A stretch of 64,000 nucleotides of DNA from Penicillus capitatus (lineage: Eukaryota; Plantae; Chlorophyta): NCBI GenBank assembly GCA_965649825.1, contig OZ287710.1, positions 1 to 64,000 on the forward strand. The letters run 5' to 3'. Positions 49,486 to 60,847 of the stretch are shown in pieces. A program made the translations under genes and the position numbers. The first letter of the stretch is position 1. Each line of letters begins with the position of its first letter. The notes under the pieces were generated by a model. That model was not told where the DNA came from, ran no database searches, and saw nothing but the letters and a program-made list of their open reading frames with translations.

Positions 49486-51417
49486 ATGCTTCGTTTAGGA
49501 TGGCGATCGGGTGCGGCTCGATGGACATCGTCTGGGTTCTCGATACGTTGTCTGTCGCCATTGGCGGCGCACTGGAAGGGATCGACGCCGAAGACGCCCT
49601 ATCGGCAGGTGGCGAAACCGATGGAAGCTGGCACGTCGCATTTGGCATCGAAAGAAGGCAATGAAGAATCGGTGGCGGATTTTGAGGTTGTCACGAAGAG
49701 AGAAGAACCGAAAGCGCCGTTTTTGAAGCACGCTGAAGTGAGCGAGACTATTGCTCTAGAAGAGCAGGATGCCTCTCGGCTCAAGGGATTTGATGAGATG
49801 GATATTGAAGAGAACCTCTTGGTAGCTCCTTGTCAGCAGCATCCTAATGCAAAGATATGTCTTTGTGTTGGCAGGAACGATTAAAGGCGGCCGGAGTTGA
49901 AAAGCCGACGCCGATTCAGTCCACCGCCATTCCAGTGATTATGAAGAACGAAAGCTGTGCGCTGCAAAGCTGCACAGGATCGGGGAAAGTGAGCAAACTA
50001 AATGGTACACGGATCATCGTTTCTCGCTCCTTCTGAACAGACATTGGCTTATATCTTGCCCGTTCTGACGCGCGCCATACGCCTGGCACAGGAAGAACTG
50101 CGAGACCCATCCATTCGGATGGAAAACAAAGGACAGCTGCAGGTGAAGTCGGAAAACCAGTCAATGGAAAAAAAGAGACATGTCTGGTGTAGGCTCTTAT
50201 AGTAGCACCATCTCAGGAATTGGCTATGCAGATCGTACGAGTGGCAGAGATCATTCTGCCGGACGACGCCAGAAAAGCTGTACAGCAACTCATTGGTGGT
50301 GCCAACATCCATCGACAGGTATGCCCCAAGCAAGTCCTTTGTCTTTTCCTGACGTGGAATACAAACTTCAGACAGAAGCCCTCAAGACAAAGCCACTGAT
50401 CGCCGTCGGGACGCCTGGTCGTCTGGCAGAACTCTCCCGCAAAGGTCACCTCCTCTCACACAAGTGTCCTATCCTTGTCCTGGACGAAGTCTGTGTATCC
50501 TGGACACTGGAAACGGTCGTCACAAAGTGGTTGCTAGGTCGATCAGTTGACCAAGACTCAGTTTCGGAAGGACATGCTGCGTGTGACGGAACACACTGGC
50601 AAGAAACTGCCTCGTCGTCAAGTGATTGTCCTCTCTGCCACACTGACCCCTTCCGCGGTCGAGCGACTGTCCACATGGACTCCCGGTACACAATTCGTTT
50701 ATATCGGATCTCAGGCAGCCATTCAATCTATGGCTCATCCTCTTCTCGAGCAAACAACGACCGTGCCTCGATGGGGATGGGGCAACAAATGGATAGAGGG
50801 ACAGACACAGAAAGGTATGCTCATCTGGTCCTTTCTCGCCGAATACCACCTGTGACGCAGATATTTCTGTCACGCATGCTTCGGTCAGCATGCCGCCGAG
50901 CATTCGTCATGGCTATGCCATGATCGAAGACAGGAGACTAAAAGTCGACGCCGTGCGTCGGGCGATTCACGCCATGGATGCGCAGAAATGCCTCGTCTTC
51001 TTGAACTTCGCTCGTCGGACACAGGACGTGCGTTTCAAGCTCATGGCCCGAGGGATGCCCGTCGGTATGCTGCATGGACAGATGTCTAAGCTGGAACGTT
51101 CCAATACATTACGCCAGTTTCGCAACGGCGAGCTTCGTGTCCTCGTCGTCAGCGACATCGCTGCTCGCGGTCTGGATTTCTTCGACTGCGATGCCGTCTT
51201 TAATCTGGAGCTCCCTTCCGATACCGGACACTACGCTCACCGTGCCGGTCGGACAGGTCGGATGGGACGTGTCGGTTGGGTACTGTCCTTTGTCGAGAGA
51301 CAAGAACTCTTCGTCGTCGAAAAATTCGCAGCCAAGATGAAGATCGAGATCCCGCAGGTCGAGATTCGCAACGGCGAAGTGCGTCTGCGGAAAAGAGCGT
51401 CGACGCCAGCAACGTGA
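49486..51417 (+). CDS. RH47: Organellar DEAD-box RNA helicase, RH47-like, 6 exons
   Basis: PTPIQ, SCTGSGK|T, APSQELAMQIVR, QQLIGGANIHRQ, GTPGR, LVLDE|VD, SAT, LHGQM, SDIAARGLD, HRAGRTGR. Arg/Ser-rich presequence from ATG 49486. Confidence 0.9.
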
Positions 51418-51483
51418 CTGAACATGATATGCATGTGACATTGCTGTTTGTACGTTCGTCCGTGGCGATCTCTTTGCATCGCG

Positions 51484-52596
51484 ATGTTCGCTCTCAAAGC
51501 GCCACGCCTCGACAGGGCTCTTGTCCTCCATACGGCGCCTCTCGTTTTCTGTGGAAAAGCGACGAGTCGTCGATTGAATGCCACGCGACAAGTGGCGTCT
51601 CGGCCTCGGCATGTGAAGACGGTGAAGGCTGTTGGTGTGGATGCGGTAACGGCGAGTGTTGGTTTCGACGTTGCCGTGTCGTCGGTATCTGATTCGCAGA
51701 AACTCATCGTTGCCGCGATCGGTACTGTTGGGTTGCTGGTGCTTGGAGCCATCGGTCTCGCGACACAGCTTAGTTCCAATGGACGACGGGTCACATCAAT
51801 ACCGCCAGCAAAGCTCGATGCCTTGCTCCGAGACAAGAGCACACTTTTGGTGGACATCCGCAATAAGAGCGAGATCAAAGCATCAGGATCTCCGTCCATG
51901 AAAGGATATTCAGCCAGTTCGAGATCTCTTCCCTTCACCAAAAGAATGAAAGACGGGCAGACACAAGTGGTGCAGAATTTTGGCGAGGCCTTTTCAAAAA
52001 TGAAGGGAGTGACGGAGGATTCCGTGGTGGTCCTATTGGATGCCGCAGGACGTCAGGCACAGGCAGCCGCAGAAGAGATCCTCAATTTTAACGATTTCAG
52101 TGTCGTTTACTGTCTCTCCGGCGGCGCAGCAGCCCTCGAGGCATCCGGTTTTGCATGGAGGAAAAAACCGGAAGGCATTTCCCTGTCTTTTCCCAAAGTC
52201 GATCTAAAGGGCTTCGATCTGGACAAGATCGCCGAATCCTATAAACAACGACCGACACTGTTCAATACAGGACTGGCCCTCAGCGCCTTGGCGGCTGCAG
52301 GCGTCGTGCTCTTTCAGGAATTCGACATCATTCTGGAGACGGTGGGGGTCTTTGGCGGTGTCAATGTCTTCTTCAAGAGGTTCTTTTTTGCAGAAGATCG
52401 TAAGAAAACAATTCAGGAAGTCCGTTCCTTATTCAACGAGAAGATTGCAGCGAACGAGGCTGGTGATGATTTAAAACGACTGGCCTCGACGATTTTGGAA
52501 GTCTCGGAGGTGCGGAGTCCTGCCGTGCCTCCTGTTACGCCTCCCTCTACCGCCGCCGACAGCACGGTGGCGGCTGTGGGCGAGGCTCAGTTGTAA
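51484..52596 (+). CDS. STR4: Thylakoid rhodanese-like protein STR4/TROL-like (intronless)
   Basis: Transit peptide, TM, rhodanese-like LLVDIRNKSE...GSP, second TM, then EFDIILETVG...KRFFFAEDRKKTIQEV...FNEKIA...DDLKRLA, typical of STR4. Confidence 0.8.
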   Translation: MFALKAPRLDRALVLHTAPLVFCGKATSRRLNATRQVASRPRHVKTVKAVGVDAVTASVGFDVAVSSVSDSQKLIVAAIGTVGLLVLGAIGLATQLSSNGRRVTSIPPAKLDALLRDKSTLLVDIRNKSEIKASGSPSMKGYSASSRSLPFTKRMKDGQTQVVQNFGEAFSKMKGVTEDSVVVLLDAAGRQAQAAAEEILNFNDFSVVYCLSGGAAALEASGFAWRKKPEGISLSFPKVDLKGFDLDKIAESYKQRPTLFNTGLALSALAAAGVVLFQEFDIILETVGVFGGVNVFFKRFFFAEDRKKTIQEVRSLFNEKIAANEAGDDLKRLASTILEVSEVRSPAVPPVTPPSTAADSTVAAVGEAQL

Positions 52597-52710
52597 GATT
52601 TGCGAAGGAATGTCGCGTTGGGACGGTTCAACGAAACAACAGTGGTTGGTTCTTATGTACAATGATCGTCTGCGGTGTCATATGTTGTCAAAGCTCCTTC
52701 GGTTTTTCGA

Positions 52711-53127
52711 TCAGCGAATCTGAGCGGCAATATCTCTGACGGGCAGACCCGTGACGTCTTGAAGAAAAGGATTAACAGGTAGCTTTCCCGCAAAGTAACA
52801 TCCGCTTAACAGTGACGTCACCAGAGACAGTCCCAGTAAAACCATAGCCACGATAAATCCAGGGGCTAACTCAGAGGCGCACTCACAGTCGTCATTCGGA
52901 CGATAGCGCATCAAATCCAGTCCCGAACGGTAACAGCAACAGACACAGGACCTGTATGACAAAACAGGACATAGGTGGAGAGTATCGTTTGGGATGAAAA
53001 CGTACGAGCACTCTCCCTCCATATTCTCGCATTGTTCTTCGAGGGATGCTGTTGACTGGCAGCGGCTTAGGAGATAGAAATCGACGAGAAGCAGGAAGAG
53101 CAGGCTGCGCTTTAACAAAGAGGCCAT
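52711..53127 (-). CDS. Small Cys-rich single-pass membrane protein (orphan)
   Basis: Signal peptide MASLLKRSLLFLLLV, Cys-rich ectodomain (CVCCC), TM FIVAMVLLGLSLVTSLLSGCYF, short tail. ATG-initiated 138-aa ORF. Confidence 0.6.
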   Translation of the reverse strand: MASLLKRSLLFLLLVDFYLLSRCQSTASLEEQCENMEGECSYVFIPNDTLHLCPVLSYRSCVCCCYRSGLDLMRYRPNDDCECASELAPGFIVAMVLLGLSLVTSLLSGCYFAGKLPVNPFLQDVTGLPVRDIAAQIR

Positions 53128-53212
53128 ATTCGAGTGAAACTTCAGCGGTGTGCTTTCATTTCACAATGCAATTCGCAACGGTGCGCGCACCGTTCATATT
53201 GTCGATCCAAAC

Positions 53213-55045
53213 ATGCCCATCGTCAGTGTCGGCCGAGACAAACTCTTTGCGGCGCTGGGCGAGACGTTCACCGACGATGCGTTCCAGGACCTTTGTTTTG
53301 AGTACGGGATCGAACTGGATGACGTCACGTCAGAAAAGGAGATGGCACGCAAGGAACTGAACCTCAAAGATGGCGATGCCATTTCCAGCGTTGAAGCCAG
53401 CGAAGAAGTGATCTACAAGATCGACATCCCAGCCAACCGCTATGACATGCTTTGTCTGGAAGGCATTGCCCGTGCCTTGAACATTTTCAAAGAAAAGGCG
53501 GTCCATGTGCATTATGATGTGACGTCGATGAGCGAGGGGGTGCAGCAGATGGTGGTGCATCCACAGGTGGCACTTGTACGTCCCTTTGTCGTCTGTGCCA
53601 TTCTGAGGGGTATTCAATTCGACCAGCAGCGCTACAACAGTTTCATCGATCTTCAAGACAAGTTACACCAAAACCTATGTCGTCATCGAACCCTCGTGGC
53701 GATCGGAACGCACGATCTGGATGCCATTCAAGGGCCCTTCAGTTACGAAGCGCTACCGCCTGAAGAGATCGAATTCGTGCCGTTGAAACAGACTACAAGC
53801 TTCAAGGCAGGAGATTTGCTGCAATACTATGTAGAGAACGACAAGAAGCTGGGAAAGTATGTGCCGATCATTCAGGACAGCCTGGTGTATCCCGTCATCT
53901 ATGATGCCAATCGAACGGTGCTCTCGTTGCCTCCCATTATCAACGGTGCCCATTCGGCCATTTCGCTCGACACTAAGAATGTCTTCATCGAGTGCACGGC
54001 CACAGATATCACCAAAGCCAACATTGTTCTCAATACCGTCTGCTGTATGTTTTCTGAGTACTGCTCCACACCGTTCGAAGTGGAGCCCGTCGAGGTGACG
54101 GATGTGACGGGCAAGAAGCATATCTACCCAGATCTGAGCTACCGTGCCATGGACGTGTCAGCGGCGTACATCAACAGGACGATTGGCGTCGACCTCTCTG
54201 TCCAAGACATCGTCCAGTACTTAGAGAGAATGACCCTTGAGGCCGTCGGCAATGAAGATGGGACCATCCGTATCAAGATTCCGCCGACCAGGAGTGACAT
54301 CTTGCATCCTTGTGATGTCATGGAGGACGTAGCCATTGCCTATGGATTCAACAACATTGCTGAGACAGTGCCCACGACGGCAACACAGGGCAGGGAGCTT
54401 CCCCTGAACCAGCTGACAGAACTCATCCGTTTGGAATGCGCCATGGCTGGCTACACTGAGATTTTGACCTGGAGTCTCTGTTCCCACGCCGATAACTTCG
54501 AACGACTGCTGAGAATCGACGATGGTACGACAGCCGTCTGCATCGGCAATCCCGCCACGGCCGAATTCGAAGTCTGTCGCACGTCTCTTCTCCCCGGCGC
54601 TCTCAAAACACTCGGTGCCAGTGGCAACGTCCCAAAGCCGATTAAACTCTTCGAGATCTCAGACGTGGTGCTGCTGAGCGATGAAAAGTCCGTCGGTGCC
54701 AAAAACGAACGCCGCCTCGTGGCCGTGCACTGCAACAAAGATTCAGGATTCGAAGTGATCCATGGACTGCTCAATCGATTAATGGATATCATGGACATTC
54801 CCCTGAGTCCAGAGCAGAATGCTGGAGGCCTCTCTTATGCCTGGAAAGCGGAGGATCATTCCACATTCTTCCCAGGAAGACATGCCACGGTGCATCTGTG
54901 CGAGAAGCCCGTTGGCGAATTCGGTGTTGTCCATCCAGATGTACTGGGTCAATTCGGAATCGATTATCCAGTGTCGGCCGTCGAACTCAATCTCCATCCA
55001 TTCTGTTTCGATCAATTCCACAAACCATTCGAGACTCGGCTCTGA
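53213..55045 (+). CDS. FARSB: Cytosolic phenylalanyl-tRNA synthetase beta subunit (intronless)
   Basis: MPIVSVGRDKLF...FEYGIELD, YKIDIPANRYDMLCLEG, FIDLQDKLHQN, PPTRSDILHPCDVMEDVAIAYGFN, GEFGVVHPDVL. Confidence 0.97.
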   Translation: MPIVSVGRDKLFAALGETFTDDAFQDLCFEYGIELDDVTSEKEMARKELNLKDGDAISSVEASEEVIYKIDIPANRYDMLCLEGIARALNIFKEKAVHVHYDVTSMSEGVQQMVVHPQVALVRPFVVCAILRGIQFDQQRYNSFIDLQDKLHQNLCRHRTLVAIGTHDLDAIQGPFSYEALPPEEIEFVPLKQTTSFKAGDLLQYYVENDKKLGKYVPIIQDSLVYPVIYDANRTVLSLPPIINGAHSAISLDTKNVFIECTATDITKANIVLNTVCCMFSEYCSTPFEVEPVEVTDVTGKKHIYPDLSYRAMDVSAAYINRTIGVDLSVQDIVQYLERMTLEAVGNEDGTIRIKIPPTRSDILHPCDVMEDVAIAYGFNNIAETVPTTATQGRELPLNQLTELIRLECAMAGYTEILTWSLCSHADNFERLLRIDDGTTAVCIGNPATAEFEVCRTSLLPGALKTLGASGNVPKPIKLFEISDVVLLSDEKSVGAKNERRLVAVHCNKDSGFEVIHGLLNRLMDIMDIPLSPEQNAGGLSYAWKAEDHSTFFPGRHATVHLCEKPVGEFGVVHPDVLGQFGIDYPVSAVELNLHPFCFDQFHKPFETRL

Positions 55046-55327
55046 TATCAAACGCGAAAGGCGTCTGTCTGTCTGTGAGTCTCTTGCATTGCGGAAAGTG
55101 TTGGATCAGCGCAGATGGCGTTCAAAACGTTGTGTCATTCTTCCCCCGTGGTGCGCATCGTGACGCTTCGAGGGATCTGAATGAGGGACGTTGCGTTGTT
55201 TTCGCTGCGTTGTAGTTTGCATCACTCACACGACGAAGCGAACTGGTGCCGAAGGTACAGAGACGGATGGATCGGGTGTTCTGCATAGAAGGCGGCTGAA
55301 CATAGGTGACGACGTCGTCTTTCACGC

Positions 55328-56237
55328 ATGTGTTTGGAAGTGCTTTACGTCGATCAATGCGCACTTCACAAAACGTCGCTGTGGAATTTGCAGCACGAAA
55401 CAAAGCACGTCTATCTCACTCTTTACATAAAGAATGAGATAATGGCTGATGCAGAGCTGTCCCAGAGTCCATTTTTCGTCGAGGATCTTCGCTGCTGCAG
55501 CAGATACGCAGCCACATAACTTGGATCGAGTGACTAAGAAAGTCTACTTCGATATCTCGGCCGGTACTGAGAAACTGGGTCGAGTGGAGATGGGACTGTA
55601 CGGAGAAGATCTTCCGCTGACGACGGAGAATTTCCGCTGCCTCTGCACAGGCGAAAAGGGTTACGGATACAAGAATTCGATCTTTCACAGAATCATCAAA
55701 GATTTCATGATCCAAGGTCAGTCACATCAAATCGTCGCGATCCTAATATATGAGATGCCTTGACGCCAGGTGGCGATTTTACGAATGGAGATGGAACTGG
55801 AGGCAAATCGATCTATGGAGAAAAATTCAACGATGAGAAGTTTGTTTGTGCGTGCAGCCCTCCGGCAATAGTCCTCTCTCTGATGGCTGTGTCTGTCTGT
55901 AGTTAAGCACACAGGGCCCGGAATTTTGAGTATGGCCAATGCCGGTCCCAATACAAACGGCTCACAGTAATCCAAACAATACATGCGAGCTCATGCTAAT
56001 CTCACGCATCTTGATTGTAGATTTTTCATCTGCACGGTTGAGACGCAGTGGCTAGACGGCCGCCACGTGGTGTTCGGAGAAGTAGGATGTTATTTTGCGT
56101 GACAAGGGAAGAGCATCCGTTTGCTACGACAGGTGACCAAAGGAATGGATGTGATTCGCAAACTCGAAGCCATGAAGACGGATCCCAGAGATCGCCCATC
56201 AAAAATCTGTAAGATCGAGGACGCTGGCGAACTCTAA
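55328..56237 (+). CDS. CYP20-3: Plastid cyclophilin (CYP20-3-like PPIase); 5' exons uncertain
   Basis: [10 protein letters not shown]...[30 protein letters not shown]|[25 protein letters not shown]|[16 protein letters not shown]|[10 protein letters not shown]. Confidence 0.88.
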
Positions 56238-56349
56238 ACGCACCGAGACCGATGTCTCATTATTTTTGCTGTCGAACAATTTCGTGCATTGAACGCACAT
56301 TTCGACCAAATCGCGTTTTGTCGACGTTCAGAAACGTTTTCCTTCATTC

Positions 56350-57338
56350 ATGGCGCGTCGAGTGCAGACCACTGATGACTTTGGTCTCAGCGACTGGTGG
56401 TCCTCCATTCCGCGAGTCACCCGATTCCTCGGCACCATGTGGCTTGGCACGGCCGTCGCCGCCACTTTCGGGATGCTCCCTCTGCCTTACCTCTATCTCG
56501 ATTTCAAATCCATCTTCCGGAGAGGACAGGTGACCTTCCCTGTCCGTATGGATGCCTCTGAGCCCGACCATCATAGATTTGGCGATTGGTAACGCATATG
56601 AGCTTCCTTGGTGGATTCTCTCCACACTTTGCCATGCGCATGATCTGGCTGTTTATATATTCTCCAACGCTGGAGAGAACAATGGTCGAATACGAACCGG
56701 GAGAATACGCTTTTCTCGTTCTCTTCTCCCTCTGTTCGTTCTCTATTCTCGGCATGTTCAATCCGTTTACCCCCATTCCATTCACTGCCAGTCCAATGGT
56801 CTTTACGATCATATACCTTTGGTCCAGAGAATTTGCGAGTCAGGACGTCTCGATCTACGGAATGGTCTGTGATGTCTGGCGTGCGTTGCTGCTCTGTGTC
56901 ATGAGTGTGCTGTGGTGTTAGATCTCGATAAAGGGGTTCTATCTTCCATGGGCAATGCTCGGCATTGCGATGGTGTTTGGTGCAACCACACCTGCTCTTA
57001 TGATCGATGTGACAGGTTAGCGCCCCGAAAAGCGTGCCATACGGGTTCTCAAGATGTATGGTTTTCAGGAATTGTGGTTGGTCATCTGTATTACTTCTTG
57101 AAGACCATCTTACCTGCTCAGACAGGAAGGCATCTTCTGAAGTGCCCGTTGTGGCTGTCGCGATTCATGTCGCGATTCTACTTCAAGACGGCAGGTGCCG
57201 TGCAACCAAGTACACGCTTAAGAGTCTTTGCATGGGCGTGATGATGTGTGGTTGATTTTAGACACGAACGACAATCAACAGGGATCTGGAAGTGGCTTTC
57301 AAGCATTTAGAGGTCGCAGTCATCGGTTGCAAGACTGA
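56350..57338 (+). CDS. DER1: Derlin-1 (ERAD rhomboid pseudoprotease), 5 exons
   Basis: WWSSIPRVTR, Q|IWRLVTHMSFLG, IIYLWSREF, YLPWAML, G|IVVGHLYYFL. A final exon gives FQAFRGRSHRLQD* (plant derlin-1-type end). Confidence 0.9.
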
Positions 57339-57612
57339 GTGGTGTTGTAGACAACACCACTGTACGTGTAATACGCTGATCCTCGTGGCTGACTGTTGCC
57401 ATCTATTCCCTCCTATGATGCTCTCTAATACCTGCACAGCTTTGATACATGGTAGTATTTCCTTAGTGGACACCAAGTTGTCTCTTCTCTCATGAATACG
57501 CTTCAGCGTCGACGCCCCATTTGAGTGAAAAAGAACTCCAAGACTGCGCAAGGAGGAATGCAATGTCGCACAGGTTTCGGCATGAGAGACGTCGCTGTCA
57601 CGCCACATTCGA

Positions 57613-59049
57613 ATGTTAAGTCTGCGCCACGCGTCGCTATGCTATCCTCTGCCCCCGATCGTCCACATTAGCAGACACAGGGTAAGATAGTGGGTCTCAC
57701 GCACGCAGGAGAAGGCGACGCTTGTACTGTAGTCTCTTAGCTCGGCTCCTGTTCATCAAGCTGTTTACGAATGGACGACGAAAGAGCGTTGTTATCCAGT
57801 ATCACTCGGAGCAGCAGAAACAACGCTATCCGTCACCGAAGAGTCTTCTCTGACAGATCCCTCTCGTCCTAAAGCTGTCACATCACCGACAAAATCCACA
57901 GGTATGGTCATTCTCATGATACAACGTCCCATCATCTAGCTGATGAATAGGACTGTTGTATCAGCTGCCTCATGTTGCGACTCCAAACGAACTGATTGCG
58001 TCAGCCATCAAGCGTGCAAGAAGGGTAGGAAAGAACAAGAAACTCTCAGGTCCTGCAGCACAGGCACGTAATCTCGCTGCTAGGCAAATGGACAAACTCA
58101 TGAAAGAATTCACAACGCCATTGACATCCTATCTCAAACACTTTCCTCTCATGGATCGATTGCATCCCTTTGAAGCCGCTTTGCTGGATTTGACAGTCAC
58201 TGAAGACCGGTATCTCAAGGTCTTGGCTCGCGTCCTGCAGCTCAGAAAAACAGCAACAGCCGTAAGGTGCCCCCCATTTTGCCTCGAATTAGACATTGCG
58301 TTGTCTAGATGGGTAAAGAGTATGCATCGAGAGGATCGCACGCGGATAGCAAAAAGGAAGCGGAGCGCATTGCGGAGGAAGGATTTGTGGCCATGGAATC
58401 TCTTTTCTCAAAATACCGTGGCGTTCTGATCGATTTGGTCGATGTGACACGCAAACTCCGGCAACTGCCAAAACTGGATCTCGGGATTTCGACGCTGGCT
58501 CTGGTCGGTGCACCTAACGTTGGAAAATCCTCTCTCGTACAGATCATCTCTTCCGGTCGTCCCGAAATCTGCAACTACCCTTTCACCACGCGCAGTATCA
58601 AGATGGGGCATTTCTATGTGGATGGTAAGCGGCATCAAGTGACAGACACTCCTGGGCTGCTGAATCGTCCCGAAGAGGACAAGAACTCTCTTGAACTGCT
58701 CACGATTGCCACGCTGCGTCACCTGCCGACGGCTGTCGTTTTCGTTATGGATGCAACAGAGGAATGCGGAACGTCTTTGGAAGATCAGTTCGCCATCCGG
58801 GCACATCTCAAAGAGCATTTCCCTTCCAAATCATGGATGGACGTCTTTTCAAAACTCGATCTGCTCATCGATTCGGTGCATCAGGCGGAAAACGCTGTCC
58901 AAGGAGGTACAAAGCAGGTCGAGGCATTACGGAAACTGCATGGGGCCGTCAAGGTGTCATCTGTCACACAAGAGGGCGTCGATGTGTTTAAAGAACGAGT
59001 GATGCAGCTCTTCGCCGAAACAGCCCCTCTTCCTCACAGTTCTGTATGA
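57613..59049 (+). CDS. Organellar NOG1/Obg-family GTP-binding protein, 4 exons
   Basis: LHPFEAALLDLT, G1 LVGAPNVGKSSL, G2 YPFTT, G3 DTPGLL, G4 SKLD. Presequence-like exon from ATG 57613. Confidence 0.88.
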
Positions 59050-59129
59050 GCTGTAACTCAAAGGTTTTTAAAAAGGACTCTGAGTCATGAATAACCCACT
59101 AATGAAGCTACGGGTCAAAACGAAATGGC

Positions 59130-60735
59130 TCACGGCAAGTCTTGTGAGCCGGTATCGATCGCGAAGTCATTGATGTCTTGCGGCTCGGCCATTTCATCCC
59201 CTCCATTGTTCCACTCCTCCTTCTGCATTCCTGGAGGCGTCTTGGTGGGGCCCATCGTTTTCCATGGCATACGATTCCACTCGCCAGGCAGTGTCGGCTT
59301 CGTTGGGGAAGGAACGGGAGGTCTCGTCAGCTTACGCACGACGGAAATCGTTCTTCCTAACAGCAGAGACTGATCCAACTCCAACGCACGATTCACGCAG
59401 TCCTCGTAGCCGAACTGAATGAAACAGAATCCCTTGGATCGGCCAAATCTATTCTTGGCAAAATAAATGTTGACGATGGGGGAGCAACTATGGAAGTGTG
59501 CAGCCACGACTTCTTCATTGGCAAGAAAGTGCACGTTCTTCACACAGACAGACCATCGATCGACATCTTGAGGCGGTTGGTTGGGTGGCAGGGCTGGGGG
59601 ATAGTAAGCTGCAGGAGGTGGTGGGGCTTGAACAGACTGCACCTGCTGCTCTAGCCGTGCGATTTTCATTTTCAGAGATTCCACTTCAGATATCTCGGCG
59701 GCAGACAGTCCAGAGGATTCTTCCCGGGAAGGTTGCGGCTCTGCCTGTCTTTTCTTTCCACGAGGGGGATCGCGTTTCAGCTCCCATTCCTCAAAGGCAC
59801 TGCCATCTGGTTTGCGAATGCGATCGAGAATGCTCTCTTCTTTCTGAACAGGTTGACTGGGGACTTTCTGTTCCGCTGTCATGGGTTCTAGCAACGGCCG
59901 CTGTTCTGAATGGCCATTTCTGTGTGGCGGCTCCTTCTTAGCTCTAAGCTGCATCTCTGGTTTGGTATCCACAGCCATTTCGCTATCATCCGCAGATTTC
60001 TGCACGAACTGCTGCTTGATGCTGCCCAAAGCAGACTGAAATAGACGAGATCTGGGCACTTTGCGATGGGACCCTCCACTCGTTCTGATATGCTTCGCTT
60101 CGGTCATAACGTCTTGCAGATGCGCAACCGTGCCCTCTTGCTGTCTGTCCAGGTCAGGTTGCCATCGATCCATGTCTTTCTCAGACGTCAATCCTCTCTC
60201 ATTCGACCCTGCCATCCACTCCATCAACTTCGAGATCCAAGATCTGAAGTGCTCTACCATGCAAGGCTCTTTTTCTGTGGGTGTCCGGTTTGGTGGAAGG
60301 GTCTGGGGGTTTTGTATGGTGCTCCTTGTTGGGCGTTTTACTGTGCTTGGATGCATGATGCGATTTCTTCTTGTCTTCTCCACTTTGTTGTGCCTTCTTG
60401 TCTAGTGATGTGTCCCACACGATTTTCTGTCTCCCTTTCTTCGATTCCTCCTTCTTCGTTTCCTTTTCGGCAGATGTGGTGAATTCTGGGTGACCCTCGA
60501 CGTACGTTTTGAGCGTTTCGATAATGGGCGTGCAGTCTTTCTCAAAGAGGAGTTTTAATCGCTTGTTCAATTCCTCATGCGGCTCGCCAAGACAGAAAGC
60601 AGCGACGACGTATTCAAGTGCTTCTTCAGGAGGATCTCTTCCCGAAAAGAAATCGCGGACGCTCTCTTTGGCCGCCTCTTTGAGGCGATTACGTAACACG
60701 GGATCCTTTTCGATAAGACTAAGGTTGAGTTTCAT
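59130..60735 (-). CDS. PWI-like N-terminal domain plus PABPN1-like RRM protein, 2 exons
   Basis: Exon 1 LRNRLKEAAKESVRDFF...ALEYVVAAF (Nab2/PWI-like) splices LHG|SNERG into ORF 59130. RRM: SVCVKNVHF...SKGFCFIQF...ALELDQSLLLGRTISV. Confidence 0.75.
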
Positions 60736-60847
60736 GGTTCTGTTATCGACACGAGTGCAGCGACGATAATGCGCAGCATGCTATAATGCACCGCGCGGAT
60801 GACTTCTTGTACTGTCTGACGATCAGTTGACCTGAAAAATCGTCAAG

